A DNA stretch of 64,000 bases from a virus. The notes under the pieces were generated by a model. It saw only the letters and a program-made list of their open reading frames with translations, searched no databases and was not told the origin of the DNA. Where the stretch lies: the IMG/VR virus record IMGVR_UViG_3300018411_000639, positions 1 to 64,000 of that record; one strand, given 5' to 3'. A program made the translations under genes and the position numbers. Positions 1 through 8,199 of this stretch are shown one piece after another; position 1 is the first letter of the stretch; each line of letters begins with the position of its first letter.

Positions 1-85
1 CCACAACGCAGCGGTCTGTCGAGTTTAAAAGTAGCGAATATGTAGCAAATCTTGACAAATGTCCATAGATTTACACAGACTTTAC

Positions 86-114
86 TTGTCAGATTTTGTT
101 TCATAGTGGATAAT
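86..114 (+). promoter_or_regulatory. Putative sigma-A promoter TTGTCA-17bp-GATAAT
   Basis: Near-consensus hexamers with a 17-bp spacer, upstream of RBS GAGGGGGAG and ATG at 148. Confidence 0.45.
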
Positions 115-147
115 AGAGGTATTCTCAAAAAGAGGGGGAGATACAAC

Positions 148-606
148 ATGCCAGGAGTGAAGCAGTACTTACAACATATGCCATCTGGTCAACTAGCTTC
201 AATGGTTTTCAAGAGTGAGTCAAGCGAAGAGAATGAGTTGATCCTGCTCCTCAAGGAAGACAACTGTATCATCAAAGAACTTAGCTCCGTTGGACTGGTC
301 TGCGTCTGGGTCACGATCCAAGAAGTAGTCGGGGTTGCCGGACTCGTAGTTGAGTTGGTTGCAACAGGTCATCACTACGAACTATGGATCGACTACAAGA
401 CGGCATACGGAAAGAAAGCCGTAGACTGTCTATGCACGCAGTCATCTGTTCGTGTGGACTTTGTCGGCACTGATGGAGAAATTCTTGGCCAAATCGTAAC
501 CAGCAACACACTAAAAGATACAGCCATCGAGTACAGAGAAGTCGCAGAGGGTTGCGACGAATGGTTGCCGGCTCAATTCCGACAACTGAAACGATCAGCG
601 AATTAG
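148..606 (+). CDS. Hypothetical protein (start probably ATG 148 rather than TTG 52)
   Basis: ORF with a purine-rich RBS before ATG 148; no recognisable motif. Confidence 0.65.
   Translation: MPGVKQYLQHMPSGQLASMVFKSESSEENELILLLKEDNCIIKELSSVGLVCVWVTIQEVVGVAGLVVELVATGHHYELWIDYKTAYGKKAVDCLCTQSSVRVDFVGTDGEILGQIVTSNTLKDTAIEYREVAEGCDEWLPAQFRQLKRSAN
570..585 (-). repeat. Dispersed 16-bp motif copy in reverse orientation (core TCAATTCCGACA exact), inside a plus-strand gene
   Basis: GGCTCAATTCCGACAA versus reverse-complement consensus GTGTCAATTCCGACAC; 12-bp core identical. Confidence 0.65.
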
Positions 607-758
607 GGGAACGATACATTCGCTTGGACTGCTTGTTGGCGTCCCCATAGGCTTTGTGCATTTCTGTCAAAGCTTGTTACGAAATAACGCATTTTGAGGC
701 GATTTCAGATTGTTTCTGTGGATGATTGGTCGTTCGTTGTCTTAAAATCCACGGCTAC

Positions 759-788
759 AAATAGAAGCTCCCGCTCGGTTACGGGAGC
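759..788 (-). terminator. GC-rich hairpin followed by TTCTATTT on the minus strand; possible intrinsic terminator
   Basis: GCTCCCG-CTCGGTTA-CGGGAGC perfect 7-bp stem at 767..788, flanked by AAATAGAA. Confidence 0.45.
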
Positions 789-930
789 CCCGTTAGACCG
801 CATTACATAAGAATTTAAAGCATCAACTCTACGCACGAAGAGGGCCACCCCTGAACAGATTGGCCTGGGCGGTGGGAGGAGGAGGCCGGGAGGACTTCTT
901 TGATGTGCACAATAGTTCGGCAAATTTAAC

Positions 931-958
931 ATTGCACATAATTCCTATTTCGTGCCAT
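931..958. other. Candidate dif-like recombination site (11-6-11)
   Basis: ATTGCACATAA-TTCCTA-TTTCGTGCCAT; arms are an 8/11 inverted repeat and the left arm resembles the XerC arm of E. coli dif (GGTGCGCATAA); 1.6 kb from an Xer-type gene. Confidence 0.35.
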
Positions 959-992
959 GTTTGAACAAAAACGAAGAGAGAGGGGTTTCTTT

Positions 993-1505
993 ATGATTTA
1001 TGTAACGAAAACAACAAACTTTACACTGGAGCAAGCCAAAGAAGCTGATTTGATTTTTGTGGAAATTGGAAAGGAAGAAGTTGAACGCCAGACTGTTAGC
1101 ACGATCGGACGGATGATGAGTATGCTTGAAGAACTAGGCGCCGACGGAAAAGAAAAACTGTTCTTGGTCTTCGATGGTTACGATGACCGGCCCGAGGATG
1201 TTTACCTGATTCCAGAGATCAAAGCGTACACGCAGCTCTTGTTGAAAATCTATCCGCACATCTTCTTCTTCCTGTCCAGTGAGGATCGGAATAGCTCCAT
1301 CATCTATTTGTGCATGATGAACTCCGAAGACATGCTGACCGTCCAGGATGACGCTACTCAAATTACGACGACCACCTTCCGCATGAATCCGGATCTTATC
1401 GCTAAGATCGTAGCCGGAACTTCACGTTACCTGCTCTCTATCGGAAGACCCTCAAATGAAGCCTATATAATAGTAGGAAAGTTCTCAGGAGCACCCGCCA
1501 GATAA
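993..1505 (+). CDS. CRR6/DUF1817-like hypothetical protein (start probably ATG 993)
   Basis: FDGYDDRPEDVYLIPEIK...YPHIFFFL resembles the D-P-R-E-L-x-E-I-P-E-V-R...YP signature of CRR6-like proteins; RBS GAGGGG before 993. Confidence 0.5.
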   Translation: MIYVTKTTNFTLEQAKEADLIFVEIGKEEVERQTVSTIGRMMSMLEELGADGKEKLFLVFDGYDDRPEDVYLIPEIKAYTQLLLKIYPHIFFFLSSEDRNSSIIYLCMMNSEDMLTVQDDATQITTTTFRMNPDLIAKIVAGTSRYLLSIGRPSNEAYIIVGKFSGAPAR

Positions 1506-1508
1506 AAC

Positions 1509-1538
1509 AAAAAAGAGCGCAGAAGCGCTCTTTCTTTT
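1509..1538. terminator. Bidirectional intrinsic terminator
   Basis: AAAGAGCGC-AGAA-GCGCTCTTT with flanking A and T tracts, between convergent genes. Confidence 0.8.
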
Positions 1539-2283
1539 ACATGCCCAACAGGCTGTACTCGGGTATCTCCTCTACCGAATCATAAGAGTAGACTGACATC
1601 GGGATACCTTGTAAGTGGGATGTTCCGCGAAAGATCAAGATGCTCCCCTTGTGACTAAAGCACTTTTCACACAACTTACCTTTCACGAACCGATTCGAGG
1701 TGTAGTACTGCAGCTCTCTTGCGAGAACCGGCAGCTGATCTTTACCAATCAGGACGTCAAGTTTCAGGTTCAGAAAGGAAGTCAGCACGGGGCCTCCTTT
1801 TGCGGCTGGCTCATAGCGATTCGACAGGATGCCGACATCCTGATGGAAGTCCCCTCTCGACCTCTTGACGGCGAAGTGTTGCCACCTGCATCCATCCGTT
1901 TCGTCGATAGCCAGCTGGCATTCGTTGGGGTGGACGGGGTCAATACTGAAGGCAATCTTCTCTTCAGGTTTCTCGGGTTGGTAGACTATACTGGGAATGC
2001 ACTCGGTAAAGGCTTCCACTTTAAAGGACGCGTCTGCTCCGTACATTTCCTGCACCTTCGGGACCACAAGCGCCTCGATGACCATGGACATCATAGACTG
2101 GGTTATAGCGGTCATGACACCTAGTACAACCCCTACCTCTTTGGTGTTATTGTCGAGTACTGTGGTAAAGACCCCAAGGGGGCGACCCCATTCCTTGTGC
2201 TCGATCAGGAAGCAACCAGAATCCTGAGACATAGCTCTTTGTACGACATGCAAGGCTTTTATTTCGTGACGTAAGTTATCCAT
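1537..2283 (-). CDS. Hypothetical protein, 248 aa
   Basis: Long ORF with AGGT-type RBS, ending at the terminator; no recognisable family. Confidence 0.7.
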   Translation of the reverse strand: MDNLRHEIKALHVVQRAMSQDSGCFLIEHKEWGRPLGVFTTVLDNNTKEVGVVLGVMTAITQSMMSMVIEALVVPKVQEMYGADASFKVEAFTECIPSIVYQPEKPEEKIAFSIDPVHPNECQLAIDETDGCRWQHFAVKRSRGDFHQDVGILSNRYEPAAKGGPVLTSFLNLKLDVLIGKDQLPVLARELQYYTSNRFVKGKLCEKCFSHKGSILIFRGTSHLQGIPMSVYSYDSVEEIPEYSLLGM

Positions 2284-2449
2284 ACTCTTTACCTACCCGC
2301 TGTCCTTGCTCAGGACTTGTATTGTTTGGGACAGGACACAACATTTCGCTAGTAAGCTTTCATCACATGCGGTCAAGTTTTGATCCCGTGAATTACAATT
2401 ATATAGATTTTTGTAACAGAATACAATTCAAAACTGATGAGATGAGAGT

Positions 2450-2475
2450 AAAATGCGAACACTTGCTCGCATTTT
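2450..2475. promoter_or_regulatory. Palindromic operator upstream of the recombinase; resembles a Bacillota LexA (SOS) box
   Basis: AAAATGCGAAC-ACTT-GCTCGCATTTT; the arms of the core CGAAC-N4-GCTCG are one mismatch from CGAAC-N4-GTTCG. Confidence 0.45.
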
Positions 2476-2546
2476 AATAGCACTCATGGGCTTGCTTTGC
2501 AAAATACGACAAGAAGCTATAAGCGCGACTGAAAGGATGCGATATA

Positions 2547-3578
2547 TTGACTAGATCAGAGAGAAATAATGCACTACCGCAGAGAGCAAAAGAGTTTGTT
2601 GCTTACCTGCCCGCGATGAAAGGATTGTCCCTGAATACCGTGGAATCGTACAGCAATGACTTGATTCTCTTGCTCCGTTTCCTGAAGCAAGAGAAAGGAC
2701 TGGTTCCGGAAGGGACGGTCTTCGAGGAGATCGACATTACCGACATCGGGGATGCATTCCTTAGGGAGATAACCGAGAACGACTTGATTCTCTTCGTGCA
2801 TTGGTCAAAGATAGATAGAGGCAACGCAGAGCGTACCCGTGCCCGTAAGATAGCTAGTCTGCGTGCGTTCTTCCGCTACCTGCACAAGAGAGCTCGCGTC
2901 ATCGACGAAGACCCAGCTGCCGACCTAGAATCCCCTAAAGTCGGGAAGAGGAAGCCTGTCTATCTTTCTTACGATGAAAGCTTGGCTTTGCTCCGATCGG
3001 TAGTGGGCAACGGACGAAACGAGAAGCGGGACTTCTGTATCCTCACCCTCTTCCTTAATTCCGGGATGCGCTTATCGGAGCTGTGTGCCGTAGACCTTGC
3101 GAGTATACGGGGAGATAGCCTGCTACTGCTAGGGAAAGGCAACAAAGAAAGACGGGTACCGCTGAACGCTTCTTGTCTGCGTGCGATTGATGCGTACCTT
3201 CCGGAGAGACAGGCTTTGGTGAAAGGCAACGAGTCCACGATGACAGCTGATACGAAGCGCGCTCTCTTCCTGAGCGAAAGACGTAAACGGATCAGCCGAC
3301 GAACCGTGCAGGACTTAGTTGACAAGTACCTGGTTGCAGCAGGCTTGTCCGGAAGAAAGTACACCACCCACAAACTGCGCCACACGGCAGCTTCATTGAT
3401 GTACCAGAATGGCGCAGACATTGTCAGCCTGCAACAACTGCTTGGCCACGACAATATTTCAACGACGCAGATTTATGTGCATATCGAAGACGACCAGATC
3501 CGCCGCGCAGTCAACCTGAATCCTCTAGACGAGGAACTCGATGACATTGTCGACCCTCCTGAGTATCATGATGAATAG
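2547..3578 (+). CDS. XerC/XerD-type tyrosine recombinase
   Basis: Full catalytic set: SGMRLSEL (R), GKGNKER (K), HKLRH, LLGH, TQIY; N-terminal core-binding domain (LSLNTVESY...RARKIASLRAFFRYL). Confidence 0.93.
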   Translation: MTRSERNNALPQRAKEFVAYLPAMKGLSLNTVESYSNDLILLLRFLKQEKGLVPEGTVFEEIDITDIGDAFLREITENDLILFVHWSKIDRGNAERTRARKIASLRAFFRYLHKRARVIDEDPAADLESPKVGKRKPVYLSYDESLALLRSVVGNGRNEKRDFCILTLFLNSGMRLSELCAVDLASIRGDSLLLLGKGNKERRVPLNASCLRAIDAYLPERQALVKGNESTMTADTKRALFLSERRKRISRRTVQDLVDKYLVAAGLSGRKYTTHKLRHTAASLMYQNGADIVSLQQLLGHDNISTTQIYVHIEDDQIRRAVNLNPLDEELDDIVDPPEYHDE

Positions 3579-3621
3579 AAAAAGAGGACTTCACATCACT
3601 ACGATGTAAGGTCCTCTTTTT
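3579..3621. terminator. Bidirectional intrinsic terminator
   Basis: AAAAAGAGGAC...GTCCTCTTTTT inverted repeat between convergent genes. Confidence 0.8.
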
Positions 3622-3628
3622 GTGTTCA

Positions 3629-4618
3629 TCATTTAATGGTGCGATGCTCTTTCTCTCCAAGGAAAGCCATGATCGCCCACCCTGTTCTTTCCATTGCAGG
3701 AGTCGCCTCTGATGTGGCGTTACTCCACCCATCCGTCATGGTGACGACGATGTAGTCTTTTCCGTTGTACGAGATGATTCCTGCATCATGGGAAACGTCG
3801 TCAAGGATGCCTGTCTTGTGGGCAAACGTAACCTCTTCAGTTAGACCTTGATTCAGGGCGTAGATTAGTTGTTGTTTGGCCAGAAGATCCAAGAAGTAGT
3901 CTGTGCTGTTCGCAGACAAGAGATGACGGCCATGCAACCGGTTTAGTAGCTTTGAAACATCCTGTGCGGTCGTTTGGAGCGTCCCTGTGACCGCCACACC
4001 GTTTTCGTTAAGGTAGGTGTTGAAGGTAGTGGCTTTGTATCCTTGCGTGAAGATAAAGTCTTCTATCCGATCCCATCCGAGGAATGAGGCCAACGATACA
4101 GCTGCTTCATTGCTTGAAACGGTAATGGCCGCATTCAACAGAGAGTCCACGGTGTAGCCGTCTATTACTGTGTCCAGTGTTATGTACCCTTGATCCACTT
4201 TAGAGAGGACTGCATACGCCACGAACAGCTTGTAAAGACTTGCACTGGTATAAACCTTCTCTTCGTTGAAAGTGACCACCTCGCCGGTCTCCTTGTCCAT
4301 GAAGATGAAGCTGTATTGTCCGGGATAGTCCTTTCCAATCATCGTCGTATTGTGGGCAAGGATAGCGCCTGCGTCCGAGATAACGTGAGCTCGGTAAGGA
4401 GTCAGACCGTCTGGAGAGATGACTTCCTTAGCCGAGGCATCCTCTGCGGGTTGAGCAACAGGAGCGCTCTCCTGAACCGCCGAAACAACAGGTTCCGCTT
4501 GGGTGATCATGTTCTGCTTTGGCTCTGAAACAAACAGGGCTACAACGGCATAGGTTAATACAATCGGTGCAAGGAAGGCTAGAACTACGGCCCTCTTGTT
4601 CTTTAATTTTCTGTTCAT
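3629..4618 (-). CDS. Membrane-anchored serine hydrolase of the class A beta-lactamase/low-MW PBP fold (start probably ATG 4618)
   Basis: SxxK (SLYK), SxN (SSN) and KTG (HKTG) motifs; basic then hydrophobic N-terminal anchor; RBS AGGAGG before 4618. Confidence 0.85.
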   Translation of the reverse strand: MNRKLKNKRAVVLAFLAPIVLTYAVVALFVSEPKQNMITQAEPVVSAVQESAPVAQPAEDASAKEVISPDGLTPYRAHVISDAGAILAHNTTMIGKDYPGQYSFIFMDKETGEVVTFNEEKVYTSASLYKLFVAYAVLSKVDQGYITLDTVIDGYTVDSLLNAAITVSSNEAAVSLASFLGWDRIEDFIFTQGYKATTFNTYLNENGVAVTGTLQTTAQDVSKLLNRLHGRHLLSANSTDYFLDLLAKQQLIYALNQGLTEEVTFAHKTGILDDVSHDAGIISYNGKDYIVVTMTDGWSNATSEATPAMERTGWAIMAFLGEKEHRTIK

Positions 4619-4646
4619 GGGTTCCTCCTGGTGACTGGGTATGATT

Positions 4647-5504
4647 TTACTGGTATCTAGTGTCGGAATTGACACCTCTAAGTTTCTTGATTGCGTTTTG
4701 TTTCTTTCGGTTGATGGTTGCACGACAGACACCATAGATTTCAGCGATCTGCGTGTCCGTCTTCTTCTCCGAGTAGGATAATAGCATGAGTCTGCGTTCG
4801 AATGGAGTCAGCACTTGGAATATAGCCCCACAAGTGATGCCGTTGATCCAGTTGACGTTCAGTATGGATGCGTCGTAAAGAGAAGAGATGTTTTCCTTGA
4901 TGGCAATACTGGAAGCATCAAGGGCTTGCTGATGCACAACCAAGTCTTCCGTCTTCGTGAACTGTCTACTGGATTCTTCATCTTCCAGTTCCCAATCATC
5001 TAAGTCTTCGTTATTGAAGCGAGAAGCGGGATCGTTCAGGTAAGGCGTAAGCGCTCGGAACGCTTCGTAGTGGAAGCATTTGTCCACGTAGTTGTGGAAG
5101 CTAGGACGCTCAAGGTCTCTGTAGCGCAGAGCCATAGACAAGAGCGCGCAGATCAGTTCGTTGCGTAGTTCGTCTTGCGGACATCGGGAGAAGGTCAGCT
5201 GGAGAAGACTGACCGTACTGTAGATGGAGTCACGGACGGTCAACTTGAATTTGTATTGATTGACGTGACTCTTTGCGCCTTTACCATTCATGAAGAGCGA
5301 GATAAAACGACGTAAGCCGGTATCGTCGATCTGAAAGATGCCAGCGCTCAACAGGTTCACGTATCGCCACAAGAACTTGTCGAATGATTGGATGATGACC
5401 TCAGCTGCATCTTGACTGCCTCCTTGATAATCCAAGACAGCCTGATGAAGTTGTTGGTAATCCGCCATAGAGAAAGGTTGTGTGTTTTCATTTTCTATTG
5501 TCAT
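4647..5504 (-). CDS. Phage sigma-70 family sigma factor
   Basis: C-terminal region-4 HTH (LTPFERRLM..SY..KTDTQIAEIYGVCRATINRKKQNAIKKLR) and region-2-like N-terminal part. Confidence 0.8.
   Translation of the reverse strand: MTIENENTQPFSMADYQQLHQAVLDYQGGSQDAAEVIIQSFDKFLWRYVNLLSAGIFQIDDTGLRRFISLFMNGKGAKSHVNQYKFKLTVRDSIYSTVSLLQLTFSRCPQDELRNELICALLSMALRYRDLERPSFHNYVDKCFHYEAFRALTPYLNDPASRFNNEDLDDWELEDEESSRQFTKTEDLVVHQQALDASSIAIKENISSLYDASILNVNWINGITCGAIFQVLTPFERRLMLLSYSEKKTDTQIAEIYGVCRATINRKKQNAIKKLRGVNSDTRYQ
4660..4675 (+). repeat. Dispersed 16-bp motif GTGTCGGAATTGACAC (exact), at the 3' end of the sigma gene
   Basis: Read directly from the sequence. Confidence 0.9.
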
Positions 5505-5518
5505 GTCATCAGCCTACT

Positions 5519-6061
5519 TTAGCCAGGGTGTGCGGATGTTCCCTTCCGCCACTTCAGGACACGAGCGACGCCGATCGAGATAGCGTCATACATGTCACTG
5601 TTCTTTTTCTTGCTCTGGGAGTCGTTGAACTCTCCTAACCCCTGTACAAGTGGGTTCTCGGGGTAGCGATCCAAGATTACTTGAGCCACCTCTTCTTTTT
5701 TAGTGTTCCCTTTTCCATCCCCCATAAAGTGAAGCTTCACTTCGGATGGCTGCATCGAGCAGACGGCAGCACCTGTCACCCTCAAGACAAAGGTGACCCC
5801 TCCTCGTAACTTGGCCAAGACGAGTCCAACTCTTTTGTTCCGCTGTACGAACCCGTCCTCCAGTCCGACATCGGTTACTCGGTACTTCTCCTTAATCTCC
5901 AACAGGCTGTCAATGATATAGGCAATGCGTTCATCTTCGTCTCCCATTTTCGTGGATGTCTGGATACGTCCAACGTCCACGACATCCAAGGTCTCCCGGT
6001 CAATAACAGACCACCCGGTACTGCTTAGGGATGCGTCGATGCCCAACACAAACTCGCTCAC
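5519..6061 (-). CDS. ruvC: RuvC-family Holliday junction resolvase
   Basis: VLGIDASLSSTGWSV, GLEDGF, PSEVK, KEEV and D-M-Y-D-A motifs match the RuvC D/E/D/D catalytic pattern. Confidence 0.88.
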   Translation of the reverse strand: MSEFVLGIDASLSSTGWSVIDRETLDVVDVGRIQTSTKMGDEDERIAYIIDSLLEIKEKYRVTDVGLEDGFVQRNKRVGLVLAKLRGGVTFVLRVTGAAVCSMQPSEVKLHFMGDGKGNTKKEEVAQVILDRYPENPLVQGLGEFNDSQSKKKNSDMYDAISIGVARVLKWRKGTSAHPG

Positions 6062-6249
6062 GCTTGGCCTCCCCTTAATTTCTTATCACCCTCTTGTCCC
6101 GAATCTTGGACAAGCGTAAAGGTTGGTTCTGTGTCGGAATTGACATGCCCATCCTTAATGGCCTGAGCGACTGACTCGTTGTATACAAGTGTACGTCCCT
6201 GGTCGTCAATTACGATTGCTTTTCCGCCGTTCATGTTCATTTCTAGCAT
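6058..6249 (-). CDS. Small hypothetical protein, 63 aa
   Basis: GGAGG RBS; 4-nt overlap with ruvC. Confidence 0.65.
   Translation of the reverse strand: MLEMNMNGGKAIVIDDQGRTLVYNESVAQAIKDGHVNSDTEPTFTLVQDSGQEGDKKLRGGQA
6131..6146 (+). repeat. Dispersed 16-bp motif copy GTGTCGGAATTGACAT
   Basis: 15/16 match. Confidence 0.9.
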
Positions 6250-6267
6250 GTTGATTCCTCCGTTTGA

Positions 6268-7050
6268 TTATATCATAGTATTAACTGTCAAACTATTGCC
6301 GCAGACACCTTTGTACATGCAGGAATAGCACTTGTCTCCGGGTGCTGCGTAGAACAATCTTTGGTCTATCGCCTTAGCAACCGAGGCTACGGTGTGCTTC
6401 AGGACTTCGTGATCACGTTCTCCACGGCTTGTATTATGGATTTTGTTCTTCTCTAATCCGTAATATAGAATGCGGTCTTCCTTCATTTCGAAGGCTTCCT
6501 GAAAGGCTAGACTTGCAGCTGAGATCTCCAAATCCTTGTCCACATGGATGCGGTTGTGGATCTTGTCCTGTACCTTGAAGTCGATGATTTGGATTTCCTT
6601 TGTCCCTTTGATCTCGACCTCTCGGATGACTTCCCATGTGCCTGTCAAAGTCAGGTCTTCATGAATCTGAATCTGATACTCCTTGTTCACAACAACGGGA
6701 AAGCCCGGATTGTCCTTGAAATTATCGTAGATACCGACAAGTGTATTGATCCCGCGTTTCCTTCTCTCGTTGTGAGTGTCACGCCAAGATGTCGGCTCCG
6801 AGTAAAGCATCTGGCCAGCTGACCGATTCCCAATCCATAGCTTACCGAACGCACGCTTTAAGGCTCCTAATGAAGGTTCCTCGAAGTTCTGAATGGATCC
6901 GAAGAAAGAGTAGACGGTCTTATGGATGTCGCTGTCGTACTTCTCCAGAACGTTGATGGTTTCCGTCTTCAGGTCTGGATGCTCGTACTTGAATTTGTAG
7001 TACATCGGACAATGGCAATAATCAACAACCTGCTTGATGGTAAGCCTCAT
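6268..7050 (-). CDS. PD-(D/E)XK nuclease-family protein (Cas4/AddB-like, probable Fe-S ligands)
   Basis: N-terminal CP..Y, IIDFK motif and C-terminal C-x2-C-x-Y-x3-C; motif II reads GTWE instead of GxID. Confidence 0.75.
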   Translation of the reverse strand: MRLTIKQVVDYCHCPMYYKFKYEHPDLKTETINVLEKYDSDIHKTVYSFFGSIQNFEEPSLGALKRAFGKLWIGNRSAGQMLYSEPTSWRDTHNERRKRGINTLVGIYDNFKDNPGFPVVVNKEYQIQIHEDLTLTGTWEVIREVEIKGTKEIQIIDFKVQDKIHNRIHVDKDLEISAASLAFQEAFEMKEDRILYYGLEKNKIHNTSRGERDHEVLKHTVASVAKAIDQRLFYAAPGDKCYSCMYKGVCGNSLTVNTMI

Positions 7051-7430
7051 TATCTCTTCTGACTTCTTTCTGCCATTAGTCCTGGTGTCCGTCTGTCCAC
7101 TAGGTTATCCAGTTCCTCGATGCAGGCCGCATGGAGGTGCCATTTGAACTCACGTTTACGCACGAAGGGGTTCTTGGAGAATCCTTCTGGAGGCATAGGC
7201 TTTCCGCATTGCTGACAGTACATGATCTCTCCCGGCTTAGGTGGTTGTGGTACTGCCCAGTTCGGCTTGGTCGTATCTCGGGTTTGGTTCTGGATGTAGC
7301 GGTTCACTTCGTTAATGGTGTTGATTTCCGTCTTATCCTGTATTGTTTCAAGGTCATCGGTCTTATCTACCTTATAGGCTGTAGGGCGCTTGCGTGGTTC
7401 AATCTTCCGTGTTCCGGGTATGTTCTGCAT
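7050..7430 (-). CDS. Hypothetical protein with probable Zn ligands
   Basis: CQQC...HAAC; overlaps both neighbours. Confidence 0.65.
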   Translation of the reverse strand: MQNIPGTRKIEPRKRPTAYKVDKTDDLETIQDKTEINTINEVNRYIQNQTRDTTKPNWAVPQPPKPGEIMYCQQCGKPMPPEGFSKNPFVRKREFKWHLHAACIEELDNLVDRRTPGLMAERSQKR

Positions 7431-7806
7431 TGGTCAAGACCTCCTCACTCATTCTTTTTAACTCATCTTTTACAGTGTCATCTACGTTCAGTTTAAAGTT
7501 CTCTCTGCGGATCATCTGTGCCCGATCCTTATAGGTGTGCGTGCAAATCGGAATCAAGCAGCTCTGACACTTAACGTGAATGTGCGAAGCTTTGTTTCGG
7601 CACTTGTCGCAGATAGGACAAGGATCGTACATCTCACAGGAGTTGAATTTAGGCTCCCCCTCTTCGAACATCACCGCGTTTCTCGCCCCAAGCTTCTTAT
7701 TGCCCTCTAGCACTCGTCTCAGCTTCTGTTCATCTAACTTGCTAAGTCCGTCATTGTCTTTTGTTTGAGCCATGTCGTACAGCCCTTTAACGAAATTGTT
7801 TGCCAC
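7399..7806 (-). CDS. Cys-rich hypothetical protein (probably metal-binding)
   Basis: C-x4-CPICDKC-x9-CQSC-x3-C cluster. Confidence 0.65.
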   Translation of the reverse strand: MANNFVKGLYDMAQTKDNDGLSKLDEQKLRRVLEGNKKLGARNAVMFEEGEPKFNSCEMYDPCPICDKCRNKASHIHVKCQSCLIPICTHTYKDRAQMIRRENFKLNVDDTVKDELKRMSEEVLTNAEHTRNTED

Positions 7807-7827
7807 AATAGTACCCTCTTCCTTTTG

Positions 7828-8187
7828 TTAAGATACCCAGATGGTATCTTTGGATTTCGTATCCCGCAGTTCAATCAGCATTTTGCGGACAACTGTGTTC
7901 ATCTCAAATTCTATCTTTCTATTGGCGCACATTTCAAGGAACACCGTAAGTCCCCACGCATGTCCGGCCGTTTGCCCACTCTCTTTGTTGTAGAGGTGAA
8001 GCAGGTAGTGCATGTTCTCGATGCTTGTCTTGTAGTAAATGTTATCGGTAGAACCTTCTGCCTCGCCGACTATCTTCTCTACGAAGGTACGAATCTCTTC
8101 GTCAATGATCTGAAGGGCCTGTGTGATTGGAGTCTTGGTCTTATTCTTCTGAGCGAGTCGGTGCTTGATCTGTTTCTTTGATATCAT
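7828..8187 (-). CDS. Hypothetical protein, 119 aa
   Basis: GAGGAG RBS, in operon. Confidence 0.7.
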   Translation of the reverse strand: MISKKQIKHRLAQKNKTKTPITQALQIIDEEIRTFVEKIVGEAEGSTDNIYYKTSIENMHYLLHLYNKESGQTAGHAWGLTVFLEMCANRKIEFEMNTVVRKMLIELRDTKSKDTIWVS

Positions 8188-8199
8188 GTTGTTCTCCTC

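Noticed and set aside
705-932. 75-aa minus-strand ORF as a real protein
   Set aside because: No RBS, Pro-rich translation of a G-rich tract, and it runs through a terminator-like hairpin
3629-4618. Calling a bona fide beta-lactam resistance gene (bla)
   Set aside because: The three motifs are shared by PBPs and other serine hydrolases, and no clear E166-type residue is seen
6268-7050. Cas4-like genes (here and inside the 1910-aa protein) as evidence of CRISPR-Cas
   Set aside because: No repeat-spacer array and no cas1, cas2 or effector genes; solo PD-(D/E)XK nucleases are common in phage replication modules
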